Assembly (NCBI GenBank): GCA_041484665.1
Contig: JBGPIA010000004.1
Location: 32,001-96,000, forward strand
From: Candidatus Krumholzibacteriia bacterium
Lineage (GTDB): Bacteria; Krumholzibacteriota; Krumholzibacteriia; JAJRXK01
Length of the DNA stretch: 64,000 nucleotides
Direction: 5' to 3'
In this document: piece after piece, positions 18,357 through 27,820 of the stretch
Layout of the letters: every line of letters starts with the position of its first letter
Position numbering within the stretch: position 1 is the stretch's first letter
The notes under the pieces: generated by a model
Databases searched by the model: none
Seen by the model: only the letters and a program-made list of their open reading frames with translations
What the model was told of the DNA's origin: nothing
Program-made: the position numbers and the translations under genes

Positions 18357-21300
18357 TCAGTAGCCGAACACCTGGCCGTACCCTCCGCCGACTCCCTGGT
18401 GCCCGCGCGTGACCTTGAGGTCGGGGATCTGTTTGAGATAGAGGCGGAACCCGAACTCGCTGCCGCCGCCGTCGACGCTGCGATCGAACTCCAGCGCCCA
18501 GCAGTGGATGTCGCGGCGCAGGCTGTAGTACTGATTGGTGAACTGGCCGCGGCTCACGTCCAACTCGGTGCTGTAGTGCAACGACCACGCCCCCGGAAGG
18601 GCCACGTTGCCGTCGGCGTTGACGTGGGTCGGCGTGCTCGCGCCGGCCGAGCTCTGGAGATAGCTGTAGCGCAGGTCCACACTCCAGGGGAGCCGGTTGC
18701 GGTCGTGGGACCCGTGCACGCCAAAGCTGCCCGACTCCTCGTCCCCGCCCCACCCGGCGCCCTGCGGGTGCGAGCCTTCCCCCGCTGCCGCCTGCCCTTC
18801 GCGTGCGGAGTCGCCGCGGGCGGGGATGCGCTGCAGTACCGGGCTGAGGCGCTCTTTGCGCTGCAGCAGCGCGCCCCCCAGGTCCAGATCCCCGCCGAGG
18901 TGCAGGTTGCCCTGGATGGTGGACTGCGAGCTCAGCACGTGGAGGTCGTGGGGATCCAGCTGGTGGGAGACCACCAGGTTGACCAAGCGCCCGCCAATGG
19001 GCTGCACGGTGACGGTGCTGGTGATGGGGCTCCACTCGGCGCCCGCCGCAGCTTCCGGGTCGTAGCTCGCCGCCAGGCTCCACCGCACCAGCTGGTCCAG
19101 CTTGCGCGATGCCTCCTTGTCCGGCTGCGGGCCCGACCCTGAGGCGTCGGACGCGACACCTGCCGCCCCTGGGATGCGGGAGCTGCCGGTGGCGTCAGCG
19201 CGTTCGCTGGCGCCGGTACCCAGCGACGTGTCTGCACCGGCCCGCGCGCCGGCGCGGCCCGTGTCGGCCAAAGCGTGCGCCGCGCGCAGTTTGACGGACA
19301 GCTCGTTGTCCAAACCGAAGTTGAATCTCTGGCTGCGGCTCTGCTTGGCCCCCAGCTGGGGGCTGAAGCTGTGCCCCATGCTCCAGGTGACCTTGTGCTT
19401 GATCCCCGTGACCGGACCCAGGCGGGTGCGGAAGATCCCGTAGAGATCGGTGCGCAGCGAATTGGTGAAGGAGAGATTGGGGGTGACCTTGTCCCGCAGG
19501 TCATCGCGGTGCTCGCGCAGGCGCACGCTCTGGGTCACCACCAGGCTGTCGGGCAGCCCCGGACGCGGCACGAGCGTCGTATCGGAGAAGACCGCGTAGA
19601 GCGATTGATGCGTGCTGGTCCGGTTGTAGTCGAAGCCGAAGCCGGCGCTGCTGGTGAAGGCGAACAGCCACAACCGTCCCTTGGGCGCGTAGGCGAGGCG
19701 GTAGGCGCCTCCGGCGCCGATGGCGTCCTGCTGCGTGTTCTCGCTGCGAGTTTGGTCCAGTTGCCCGCGGTACGACTGGCTGAACTGGATGTCGCGCAGG
19801 ACGTTGGTGATGGGCGTACCGAGCTCGTCGCCGTGCAGCGGGGGCAGCAGCGGCCCAGTCTTGAACCCCAGCGTCGCCGCCGGGAGCGTCGTCCGCGAGA
19901 GCTGCTTGTCGGTCAGCGGATCGCCGTCGCCGGCGTTGACGAATTGATCGCGCGAGCCCGACAGGGACAGGTTTACCCCCGATCCGAACGTGCGCGAGAG
20001 CCGCCCCGTGCTGCGCAGCTGGGTGGGCAGCAGGTCGCGCCGGGCGTCGCTGTTCAAGTTGTTGCGCGTGAGGTTCTGGCTGCTGGCGGAGACGTCCGCC
20101 CCGGCGTTCCAGACCTCCCACAGATTCGGCTGGTTGTGGTGTGCGGTGAGGCGCCACTCGTCCCCGCGCGTCTCCCCCAGCTTGACGCCGAAGGCGCGCA
20201 GGTACGAGAAGCTCACCTGGCCGTCCATGCCGTAGCGCACGCGGTAACGGTTGCTCAGCGCGAGGGTGAAATCCTTGCGCTCGTTGTAGTCCAGCTGGAA
20301 GGTGAAGTCGGTGTAGTCGTTGGTGGCCCAGTAGTAGCCCAGGTCGCGGATGTAGCGCCCTTCGCGGCTGCTCACTCCGACGTCGACCCGCGGGAACAGG
20401 ATCCCCGAGTGCCTGCCCGAGTCGAGGCTCTTGAAATAGAACGGTAGCGGCAGCACCGGCAGGTCGCTCACGTAGAAGGTGACCTGGCGCGCCACCACCT
20501 GCTCGTTGAGCCGCAGTCTCATGCGCTTGGCGGTAAAGTGGTAGTGCGGCTCCGCCAGGTCGCAGCTGGTATAGGTTGCGTCGCGCACCAGCAGCGTCTT
20601 CTCATCCAGCCGGCGCACGTGCTTGCCGTAGTAGAAGCCGTCCTGGTAGCGCGTCCCCCCTTCGGCGACGGCACCGGTCTGGGGATCGAAGAGGTAACCC
20701 ATGCGGTCGCCCAGCAGCTCGCTCTCCTTGTCCTTGAGCAGGGGGTCCCCCTCCGCCAGCAGCTCCCGGGCGTTGGTGTCGAAGTGGATCTCCTGGCTGC
20801 CCAGGGTCAGAGTCCCGTGTTGCACCTCGGCGTCGCCGGAGATGAGGATCAGGCCGCGCGGAACGGCGAAGGACGCCCGCTTGCCCTTGTAGAGCACCTT
20901 CTCCGCGTGCGCGTCGAAGTCGATGCGCGCCGCCGTGGAGTCGCCGCCGGCGCCGCGAGTCCGGACTGCAGCCGTGTCCGCCACGGCGGTCGCCCGTGGG
21001 GCAGCCGGTGGTGCAGCCGAACTGCTGTCGGCGTGGGCAGCCGCATGGGGCTCGCCCCGGACAGCCGCGCTGCTGTCGGCGCTCGCGGCCGCCGCCATGC
21101 GCTTGCGCTCCAGGAAGCGGTAGGCCCCCTCGACCTGGCCGTGCACGTCGACACGATCGACGTGCCCGCTCAGGAAGCTGATGTCGATCGCCGAGCCGGA
21201 GACCTCGTTTACCGAGATGGTCGAGCTCTGGTCCTCCGGGAGGTAGGTGCTGCGGGCCGATCCGCGCACGCGGGTGTGGGTCACCTCGTCGTGCACGACG

Positions 21301-22472
21301 TCGATGCTCAGCGTGTCGCCGCGCAGCTGGTTGGCCAGCGGCACGGCGGTGAAGATGCGCCGCAGCGTGTCGGGGCTGCTATCCACCAGCTCGGTCTGCC
21401 CGAAGACGTCGATGCGCCGCAGTTCGCCGCCCTCGTAGAAGAAGCTGGCGCGTTCCCCCGTCAGCGCCTGGCGCCCCTGCTCTACGCGCGGCGTGCCGGT
21501 AAGCACGAGCAGGCTGTCGCCCTGGAAGTCCGCACTGTCGGCGGTGGCGCTCGTGGCACCCTGCCGGAAGCGCACCGCACCCACCGCCCGACGGCGCGAG
21601 CCGTCGCGTTGGAAGACCATGCGGCGGCTCTCCACTTCGGCCAGGCGCTGTCCCTGGCGGCGCGACGTGAGGTGCGGCAGCGAGTCGACCCAGGCCAGGC
21701 CGCTGCGCCGATCGAACCGCGCGCGCGCGCCGGTGATGAGAGTCTGATTGGCGCCATCGACGATGCGCACCGCTCCGAACGCCTGGAGCACTCCGGCGGC
21801 GCGGTCATAGGTCAGCGAGTCCGCATCCACGACGATCGCCCCGTCGATCATGCGGGCATCGCCGGCCAGCGCCAGCCACCGGTCGCTGCGCCGGAGGATG
21901 CCGCGCGCGCCCGTGCCCGTGGTGCCTTCCAGGGTCTGCAGCTTCACGCTGCCAAAGGCGCGGGCGAGGTCGGCGCGCTCGATCACCTCGACGCTGTCGG
22001 CCCAGACGGTGAGCGACTCGGAAACGGCGTGCACCGCGCCGACCAGAAAGGTCTCTTCGCGGTCCATGTCGCGGCGCGCGTGATCGGCAGTCAGCGTCAC
22101 GCCCGTACGGTGGGCGGAGACGTTGCCCGTCAAGACGAGGAAGCGGCGCTGCTCGACGGTAACGATGCGGCCATGGTCGCCATTGACGGTCCAGCGGCCG
22201 GCAACGACTGCGGGCGCCACCGCCGGAGCAGGCGCCGCGGCCGGGCCCGGCGGCGGGGCGGACGGAGCAGCCCCCGGAGCACGCGCGGCGGCGGGGCCGG
22301 GCGGCGGGGAGCCGCTCTGCGCCGCCGCGGCGCACGCCAGCGCAACCGAGACGAGCACCGCCAGCGGCCTGGCCGCCGTGGGCCCGCGCCGGGCGCGCGC
22401 TGCTCGCTCGTCCATGGGCGTCCTGCCGTTGGCGCCGACCGGGGGCGACGGTTGCGCGGACTCGCTATTCAA
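18357..22472 (-). CDS. lptD: Large LPS-assembly protein LptD with extended OstA/LptA-like N-terminus
   Basis: OstA-like beta repeats, YTSCDLAEPHYHFTA, PVLPLPFY, SGILFP, GYYWATNDY, LRRDIHCW; alternative start at 22415. Confidence 0.82.
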   Translation of the reverse strand: MNSESAQPSPPVGANGRTPMDERAARARRGPTAARPLAVLVSVALACAAAAQSGSPPPGPAAARAPGAAPSAPPPGPAAAPAPAVAPAVVAGRWTVNGDHGRIVTVEQRRFLVLTGNVSAHRTGVTLTADHARRDMDREETFLVGAVHAVSESLTVWADSVEVIERADLARAFGSVKLQTLEGTTGTGARGILRRSDRWLALAGDARMIDGAIVVDADSLTYDRAAGVLQAFGAVRIVDGANQTLITGARARFDRRSGLAWVDSLPHLTSRRQGQRLAEVESRRMVFQRDGSRRRAVGAVRFRQGATSATADSADFQGDSLLVLTGTPRVEQGRQALTGERASFFYEGGELRRIDVFGQTELVDSSPDTLRRIFTAVPLANQLRGDTLSIDVVHDEVTHTRVRGSARSTYLPEDQSSTISVNEVSGSAIDISFLSGHVDRVDVHGQVEGAYRFLERKRMAAAASADSSAAVRGEPHAAAHADSSSAAPPAAPRATAVADTAAVRTRGAGGDSTAARIDFDAHAEKVLYKGKRASFAVPRGLILISGDAEVQHGTLTLGSQEIHFDTNARELLAEGDPLLKDKESELLGDRMGYLFDPQTGAVAEGGTRYQDGFYYGKHVRRLDEKTLLVRDATYTSCDLAEPHYHFTAKRMRLRLNEQVVARQVTFYVSDLPVLPLPFYFKSLDSGRHSGILFPRVDVGVSSREGRYIRDLGYYWATNDYTDFTFQLDYNERKDFTLALSNRYRVRYGMDGQVSFSYLRAFGVKLGETRGDEWRLTAHHNQPNLWEVWNAGADVSASSQNLTRNNLNSDARRDLLPTQLRSTGRLSRTFGSGVNLSLSGSRDQFVNAGDGDPLTDKQLSRTTLPAATLGFKTGPLLPPLHGDELGTPITNVLRDIQFSQSYRGQLDQTRSENTQQDAIGAGGAYRLAYAPKGRLWLFAFTSSAGFGFDYNRTSTHQSLYAVFSDTTLVPRPGLPDSLVVTQSVRLREHRDDLRDKVTPNLSFTNSLRTDLYGIFRTRLGPVTGIKHKVTWSMGHSFSPQLGAKQSRSQRFNFGLDNELSVKLRAAHALADTGRAGARAGADTSLGTGASERADATGSSRIPGAAGVASDASGSGPQPDKEASRKLDQLVRWSLAASYDPEAAAGAEWSPITSTVTVQPIGGRLVNLVVSHQLDPHDLHVLSSQSTIQGNLHLGGDLDLGGALLQRKERLSPVLQRIPARGDSAREGQAAAGEGSHPQGAGWGGDEESGSFGVHGSHDRNRLPWSVDLRYSYLQSSAGASTPTHVNADGNVALPGAWSLHYSTELDVSRGQFTNQYYSLRRDIHCWALEFDRSVDGGGSEFGFRLYLKQIPDLKVTRGHQGVGGGYGQVFGY

Positions 22473-23443
22473 TGCGCGCGCGACCCGCCTCCGTCAAGGG
22501 GCGCGCGCGCCAGCAGCGCCGCACCGATCGCAGCCGCCTGGTTTCCCAGCTGTGCGGCCAACAGCTGCAGGTGCTCCGCCGTCGGCCGCATCGCCCAGGC
22601 CTTGAGCGCTTGGCCCGCCGGCTTCAGCAGGGGGTCCCCGGCCAAGGCGATTCCGCCGCCGATCACGATCGCTTCCGGATTGAGGGCGTTGGCCAGGTTG
22701 GCGCAAACCACGCCGAGCAGGCGGCCGACGTCGCCGAGGATGCCCACCGACAGCGGATCGCCGTCGGCGGCGGCCAACGCAAGCGCCCGCGGTGTCAGAC
22801 CGCCCTCCTCGCGGCAGCGGCGCAGCAGGGGCTGCTTCTGCTCGTCGCTCGCCGCATCGAAGCGCTGGCCCGCGTAGGTCACGATGCCCGTGGTCCCCAG
22901 ATAGGCCTCCACGTGCCCCTGGCGTCCGCAGCTGCAGTGCGGCCCGTCGATCTGCAGCGTCATGTGGCCGAACTCGCCGGCGACCCCGCGCGCCCCGCGA
23001 TAGAGCTCGCCATCGATCACCAGCCCCCCGCCAACCCCGGTGCCCAGCGCCAGCATCAGCACGTGGCGCAGTCCGCGCGCCGCGCCTACGCGGGTCTCGG
23101 CGTAGACCGCGGCGTTCACGTCGTTCTCCATGGCGACCGCCGCGCCCCCCAGCCGCGCCGAGAGCTCCGCCGCCAGCGGGAAGCCCTCGAACGCCTGGAG
23201 GTTGGGCGCCTCCTGCAGGCTGCCCTCCCCGGACACCAGTCCGGCCACCGCCAGCCCCACGGCAGCCTGGTCGCCGCGCGCCCCGATCCAGGGCGTAAGC
23301 GCCTGCGCCAAGCGCTCTACGAACCGCGCCGGTCCCAGCTCCCCCTCCGTCTTGAACTCCGCGTGCTCGGCCACGGCCAAGTCGTCGCCCAGCCGCACCA
23401 GCTTGGTGTTCGTCGCGCCCACATCGACGCCGATCCATCTCAT
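22469..23443 (-). CDS. ROK family sugar kinase (glucokinase-like)
   Basis: IGVDVGATN, ENDVNAA, GTGVGGG, GEFGH, CSCGRQGHVE. Confidence 0.9.
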   Translation of the reverse strand: MRWIGVDVGATNTKLVRLGDDLAVAEHAEFKTEGELGPARFVERLAQALTPWIGARGDQAAVGLAVAGLVSGEGSLQEAPNLQAFEGFPLAAELSARLGGAAVAMENDVNAAVYAETRVGAARGLRHVLMLALGTGVGGGLVIDGELYRGARGVAGEFGHMTLQIDGPHCSCGRQGHVEAYLGTTGIVTYAGQRFDAASDEQKQPLLRRCREEGGLTPRALALAAADGDPLSVGILGDVGRLLGVVCANLANALNPEAIVIGGGIALAGDPLLKPAGQALKAWAMRPTAEHLQLLAAQLGNQAAAIGAALLARAPLDGGGSRAH

Positions 23444-24903
23444 GGAGTGGCCACCTCCTGCTCCCGCTGCGGGCGCTCGCGCAGCGGGCTGCCGGCGTCC
23501 CACAGCGGAGCGTGCGGCGGCCCGACGAGATCGTCCACCCCGATGCGGTCCAGCACCTCGGCGACCAGGAAGTTCGATCCAGTCACGAGCACGCTTTGGC
23601 CCCGGCCGCCGGCGGTCGGCGCCATGGCCCGCCGCCGCGCCTCCTCCATCGCCGCCGTCACGGACTCGACCACCAACACCAAGGGCGGTGTCCCGCTCGC
23701 CGGCGTGGCAGCGCGCAGGCGCGCGGCCAGATCGCGCGGAGGCAGCGACCTCTCCCAGCACGGCGCGGTCAGCACCACACAGGCGGCGCACGCGGCGATC
23801 TCGCCGAGCACCGCATCGATCCGCTTGTCGCGCATGACGCCGAAGACGAGGACGCGCTCCGCGCGCGGCCGCTCCGCCGACCACTGTGCCAGCACCTGCT
23901 GCAGCGCCGGCGTGTTGTGCGCCGTGTCCAGCAGCAGCTCGGGAGCCGCACCGAAGCCCTCGTAGCGGCACGGCGCGCGCACCCCGCGCAACGCGCGTCC
24001 CGCGTCCCCGAGCGGCCACCCCTCGCGACGCGCCAGGTCCTCCCAGCACGCCCACGCCAGCGCCGCCATCTGGGCCTGCATCGCGCCGCGCTGGGGCAAG
24101 GTCACCACGGCCTCGCCGGCGGGCAGCCACAGCCGAACCCGTGCAGAGCGCCCGTCCCACGCCTCGACGGTGCCGCGCCCCAGGGAGAGATCCACGGCCT
24201 GGGCGCCGGCGGCCGCGAGCACCTCGGCCGCCAGGGCGTCGATGCCGGCCGGCAGCAGCCCCAGGTAGAAGGGGCGGCCGCGGCGGGCCAACCCCAGCTT
24301 CTCCCGGGCGATCTGCGCAAGGGAGTCACCGAGGATCTGGTGATGGTCATCCCCGACGGACGTGAGCAGCACGCCGCGCGCATCGACCGCGTTGGTCGCG
24401 TCCAACCGGCCGCCCAGCCCGGTCTCGAGCACCGCCAGCTGCACGTCCTGCTCGCGGAAGTGCAGCAACGCCATGGCGGTCATCGCCTCGAAAAAGGTGG
24501 CCTGCGCGGCCTCGATGTGCGGGCGGCAACGCTCGATGAGCGCTACCAGCGCGGACTCGGCCAGGGGGCGTCCATCCACGACGATGCGCTCGCCGGGGTG
24601 CAGCAGGTGGGGACTGGTGTACAGCGCCGTGCGCAGTCCGGCGGCGCTGCCCAGCGCGGCGAGGTAGGTGGCCGCGGAGCCCTTACCGTTGGTGCCGGCC
24701 ACCACGACGCAGGCCATGTTCCGTTGCGGATCGCCGAGCCTGCGCAGCAGCGCCTTGACGCGCACGAGACCCGGCCGCATGCCGCCGCGCGCCAGTCCGA
24801 ACAGCCAGCGTGCCGCGGGATGGGTTGGCGCGAAGGGCGGGAGGAGCTGGAGGAGTTCGAAGCCGCGGCTAGAGTCGCCGGTGCGACGTGGCCGCGAGCT
24901 CAT
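23440..24903 (-). CDS. folC: Folylpolyglutamate synthase/dihydrofolate synthase
   Basis: VAGTNGKGS, YTSPHL, TFFEAMTA, ETGLGGRLDATN, DTAHN. Confidence 0.92.
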   Translation of the reverse strand: MSSRPRRTGDSSRGFELLQLLPPFAPTHPAARWLFGLARGGMRPGLVRVKALLRRLGDPQRNMACVVVAGTNGKGSAATYLAALGSAAGLRTALYTSPHLLHPGERIVVDGRPLAESALVALIERCRPHIEAAQATFFEAMTAMALLHFREQDVQLAVLETGLGGRLDATNAVDARGVLLTSVGDDHHQILGDSLAQIAREKLGLARRGRPFYLGLLPAGIDALAAEVLAAAGAQAVDLSLGRGTVEAWDGRSARVRLWLPAGEAVVTLPQRGAMQAQMAALAWACWEDLARREGWPLGDAGRALRGVRAPCRYEGFGAAPELLLDTAHNTPALQQVLAQWSAERPRAERVLVFGVMRDKRIDAVLGEIAACAACVVLTAPCWERSLPPRDLAARLRAATPASGTPPLVLVVESVTAAMEEARRRAMAPTAGGRGQSVLVTGSNFLVAEVLDRIGVDDLVGPPHAPLWDAGSPLRERPQREQEVATP

Positions 24904-25792
24904 CGCTCTCCTCCTCCTCGAGTGGATGGACGCCGTCCACCAGGAAGCCCAGCAGCCCGTGGAGCTCGCGCCGGAGGTTCTTGCGCTCCACGATGCGATC
25001 GATCATGCCGTGCTCCAGCAGGAACTCGCTCTGCTGGAAGCCCTCGGGCAGCTCGGTGTTGATGGTCTGCTGGATCACCCGCGGGCCGGCAAAGCCGATC
25101 AGCGCCCGCGGCTCCGCGACGATGACGTCCCCCAGCATGGCGAAGCTCGCCGTCACGCCGCCAGTCGTGGGATGGGTGAGCACCGAGATGAACGGCAGCC
25201 GCTCCTCGCCCAAGCGCGCGAGCATGGCGCTGGTCTTGGCCATCTGCATCAGCGAGAGGATCGACTCCTGCATGCGTGCGCCGCCCGACTTGGAGATGAT
25301 GACCGTGGACAGCCGCTGCGCGATGGCGTCCTGGATGCAGCGCGTGATCTTCTCGCCGACCACCGATCCCATGCTGCCGCCCAAGAACGAGAAATCCATG
25401 ACCGCGATCGAGATGGGTACGCCGCCGATGCGCCCGAATCCGGTGATCACGGCTTCTTCGCGTCCGGTCTTGGCGCGGTTCTCCCGCAGCCGGTCGCGGT
25501 AGCGCTTGGTGTCGCGGAAGTTCAGGGGGTCGGAGCTGACCAGCCCCTTGTGCGTCTCCTGGAAGCTCTGCGGGTCCAGCAGCAGATCGAGGTACTGCTC
25601 GGCGGAGATCGGGAAGTGGTAGCCGCACTGGTAGCAGACCCAGAGGTTGCCGGCGAGCTCCTTGTTGTAGATGAGGTCGCCGCACGAGGTGCACTTGGTC
25701 CAGAGATTGTCCGGGACTTCCCGGCGTGGGCGCACCGCGCCGCTGGTGGCGAGCTGGTTGATCCCCTTGCGCGTGCGCTTGAGCCAGGACAT
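24869..25792 (-). CDS. accD: Acetyl-CoA carboxylase carboxyltransferase beta subunit
   Basis: LWTKCTSC...CYQC zinc finger, FLGGSMGSVVGEKI, SGGARMQE, GFAGPRVI. Confidence 0.96.
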   Translation of the reverse strand: MSWLKRTRKGINQLATSGAVRPRREVPDNLWTKCTSCGDLIYNKELAGNLWVCYQCGYHFPISAEQYLDLLLDPQSFQETHKGLVSSDPLNFRDTKRYRDRLRENRAKTGREEAVITGFGRIGGVPISIAVMDFSFLGGSMGSVVGEKITRCIQDAIAQRLSTVIISKSGGARMQESILSLMQMAKTSAMLARLGEERLPFISVLTHPTTGGVTASFAMLGDVIVAEPRALIGFAGPRVIQQTINTELPEGFQQSEFLLEHGMIDRIVERKNLRRELHGLLGFLVDGVHPLEEEESDELAATSHRRL

Positions 25793-25993
25793 GGTTCTCC
25801 CGCGGCGCCGCTGGCGCCACCCCCACAATCTAGGGGGGGAGGGCGGGCGCCGACAATCCAATTCCCCGCGGGCCCTGTCCCGGGGGCGCAGCATCGCCGC
25901 GCGCAGGGACGCCCTGCGCAGCCGCGGCGCGCGTGCCGGCAGCGGGCCTTGGCCGCCGGTCAAAGACGCGTGCGGCAGCGGCTGGGCGGACGC

Positions 25994-26503
25994 TCAGGAC
26001 TCCTTGCGTTGGTCGTGCGACCGCGGTGGCTGCGGTGCCTGCGGCGCAGATCCCTTCAGCAACTTCACCATGACCACCGCGTCCTCGCGATTGTCTGGAT
26101 AGTAGCCACGGCGGATCGCCACCTCGGCGAATCCGTGCCGCCGGTACAGGCTAAGCGCCGCCTCGTTGCTCGCGCGCACCTCGAGGGTCATCGCGCGCGT
26201 GTGTCGCGCGAACTCATGGCGCAACAGCGTGCGCAGCAAGCGGTCGGCGATCCCCTGGCGACGGTGACGATCGTCCACGGCCAGGCTGACCAGATGGATC
26301 TCATCGACGACGCGCCAGACGAAGGCGTACGCCACCACCTCATCGCCGATCTCGGCCACCAGCGCGAGCCGGCCGGGATCCACGATCAGCTCGGCGGCGA
26401 TGGCGGTGGGGCTCCAGGGCGCCGTGAAGATCGCGTTCTCCATCTCCACCAGCCGCGGCAGATCCGCGGGGCACGCGAAGCGGATGTGGCAGGCGGGCTT
26501 CAC
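25994..26503 (-). CDS. rimI: Ribosomal protein S18 N-acetyltransferase
   Basis: LAVDDRHRRQGIA, LEVRASNEAALSLYRRHGF, RRGYYPDNREDA; follows tsaB with a GTGA overlap. Confidence 0.9.
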   Translation of the reverse strand: MKPACHIRFACPADLPRLVEMENAIFTAPWSPTAIAAELIVDPGRLALVAEIGDEVVAYAFVWRVVDEIHLVSLAVDDRHRRQGIADRLLRTLLRHEFARHTRAMTLEVRASNEAALSLYRRHGFAEVAIRRGYYPDNREDAVVMVKLLKGSAPQAPQPPRSHDQRKES

Positions 26504-27279
26504 GGCCGTTCGCGGCGCGGCGAGACCGGGCGGTGCACCTGTGCCTCCAGGTCCACGCCGAGTTTGCGCTCGGCCTGGCTGGGGCTGATGTAGATGGGAA
26601 CGAGCGTGACCGGGTCGGCCGCGCGCGCCGGCGGTGCCCCGGCCGAAGCGCCGGCCGCCAGGCGGCGCGCGAGCCCGTCGGCGGCTACGGTCTGCGCACA
26701 GGCGCCGGCGGCCAACAGCTCCCCGCTGCGCCGCAGGCTCTCCTCGCCGCGCGCGGCCAGCACGACGGGCGGCGGCAGCCCGGCGAGCCACTCCGGCAGC
26801 CCCGCCAGCGCCACGCGCGCGGGCATGCGCAATGGCGACGACAGGAGCAGCGCGCGCCCGCGGTCGGCGCGTGCGTAGGCTGCGGCGAAGGCGTGGCCGG
26901 CGCCCGCGTCCAGCGCCGCCGCCACGCAGCCCGCCAACGACGTTGGCGCTGCGGCGGGCGCGTCACTCGCGGCCGCCGCCACCAGCTCCAGCGTGCCCGC
27001 GGCGAGCAAGGGGATCCCGCGCGCGAAGCTGAGCGTCTTGGCCGTCATGATGCCGATGCGCAACCCGGTGAAGCTGCCCGGGCCCACCACCACTGCCACC
27101 GCCTCCACCGCCTGCAGCGTCACAGCGGCTTGGCACAGCGCATCGTCCAGGAGCCCCGGCAGCGACTCGGCGAAGCTGCCGCGGCCGGCCAGCGCGACGG
27201 CGGCCAGCAGCTTTCCGTCGCACCCGACGGCGACCTCCGCCCCGTGGCCGGAGGTGTCCAGCGCGAGCACGACGCTCAC
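26500..27279 (-). CDS. tsaB: tRNA t6A biosynthesis protein TsaB
   Basis: LALDTS, GPGSFTGLRIG, PIYISPSQAE. Confidence 0.9.
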   Translation of the reverse strand: MSVVLALDTSGHGAEVAVGCDGKLLAAVALAGRGSFAESLPGLLDDALCQAAVTLQAVEAVAVVVGPGSFTGLRIGIMTAKTLSFARGIPLLAAGTLELVAAAASDAPAAAPTSLAGCVAAALDAGAGHAFAAAYARADRGRALLLSSPLRMPARVALAGLPEWLAGLPPPVVLAARGEESLRRSGELLAAGACAQTVAADGLARRLAAGASAGAPPARAADPVTLVPIYISPSQAERKLGVDLEAQVHRPVSPRRERP

Positions 27280-27815
27280 GGCCGCTCGCCGCCGGCACGC
27301 CCCCAGGCGGCGGCCAGCTCGTCCTGACGCGGCCAGGGTCTGCCGACGGCGCGCAGCGTCAGGTGGCGCGGCGCATCGCGGCCCGGCTGCGCGGTGAGCA
27401 GCTTGATGGACAGGCGCAGGCAGGGCGAGAGCCAGGGCAGCACCGCCTGCCCCCACTCCACGCACAGCAGCGCCCCTTCCTCACGCGCCTCGAGCATCAT
27501 CGCCAGCAGCTCCGGGTCGGCACGGTCGCCGAAGCGGTAGAGGTCGACGTGGACAACTTGCGGCGCGCAGCCCGGCGCCGGGGCCTCCACCGGATAGCGG
27601 TTCTCCAGCGTGAAGGTCGGGCTGACCACCGAGCTGCCGCCGCCCAAAGCCGCCACCAGCGCGGCCACGAAGGTCGTCTTGCCCGCGCCCAGGTCGCCCT
27701 CCAGGCAGAGCGCGCTGCCCGCGGGCAAGAACGGCGCGAGCGCCCGTGCGAGGGCGGCCGTCTGCGCCGGCGCGCCGGTTTCAGCCTGCAGTTCGAGGAT
27801 CTCCGGCGTTGCCAT
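27276..27815 (-). CDS. tsaE: tRNA t6A biosynthesis ATPase TsaE
   Basis: LEGDLGAGKTTFV, SPTFTL, HVDLYR, VEW. Confidence 0.92.
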   Translation of the reverse strand: MATPEILELQAETGAPAQTAALARALAPFLPAGSALCLEGDLGAGKTTFVAALVAALGGGSSVVSPTFTLENRYPVEAPAPGCAPQVVHVDLYRFGDRADPELLAMMLEAREEGALLCVEWGQAVLPWLSPCLRLSIKLLTAQPGRDAPRHLTLRAVGRPWPRQDELAAAWGRAGGERP

Positions 27816-27820
27816 CGCCC

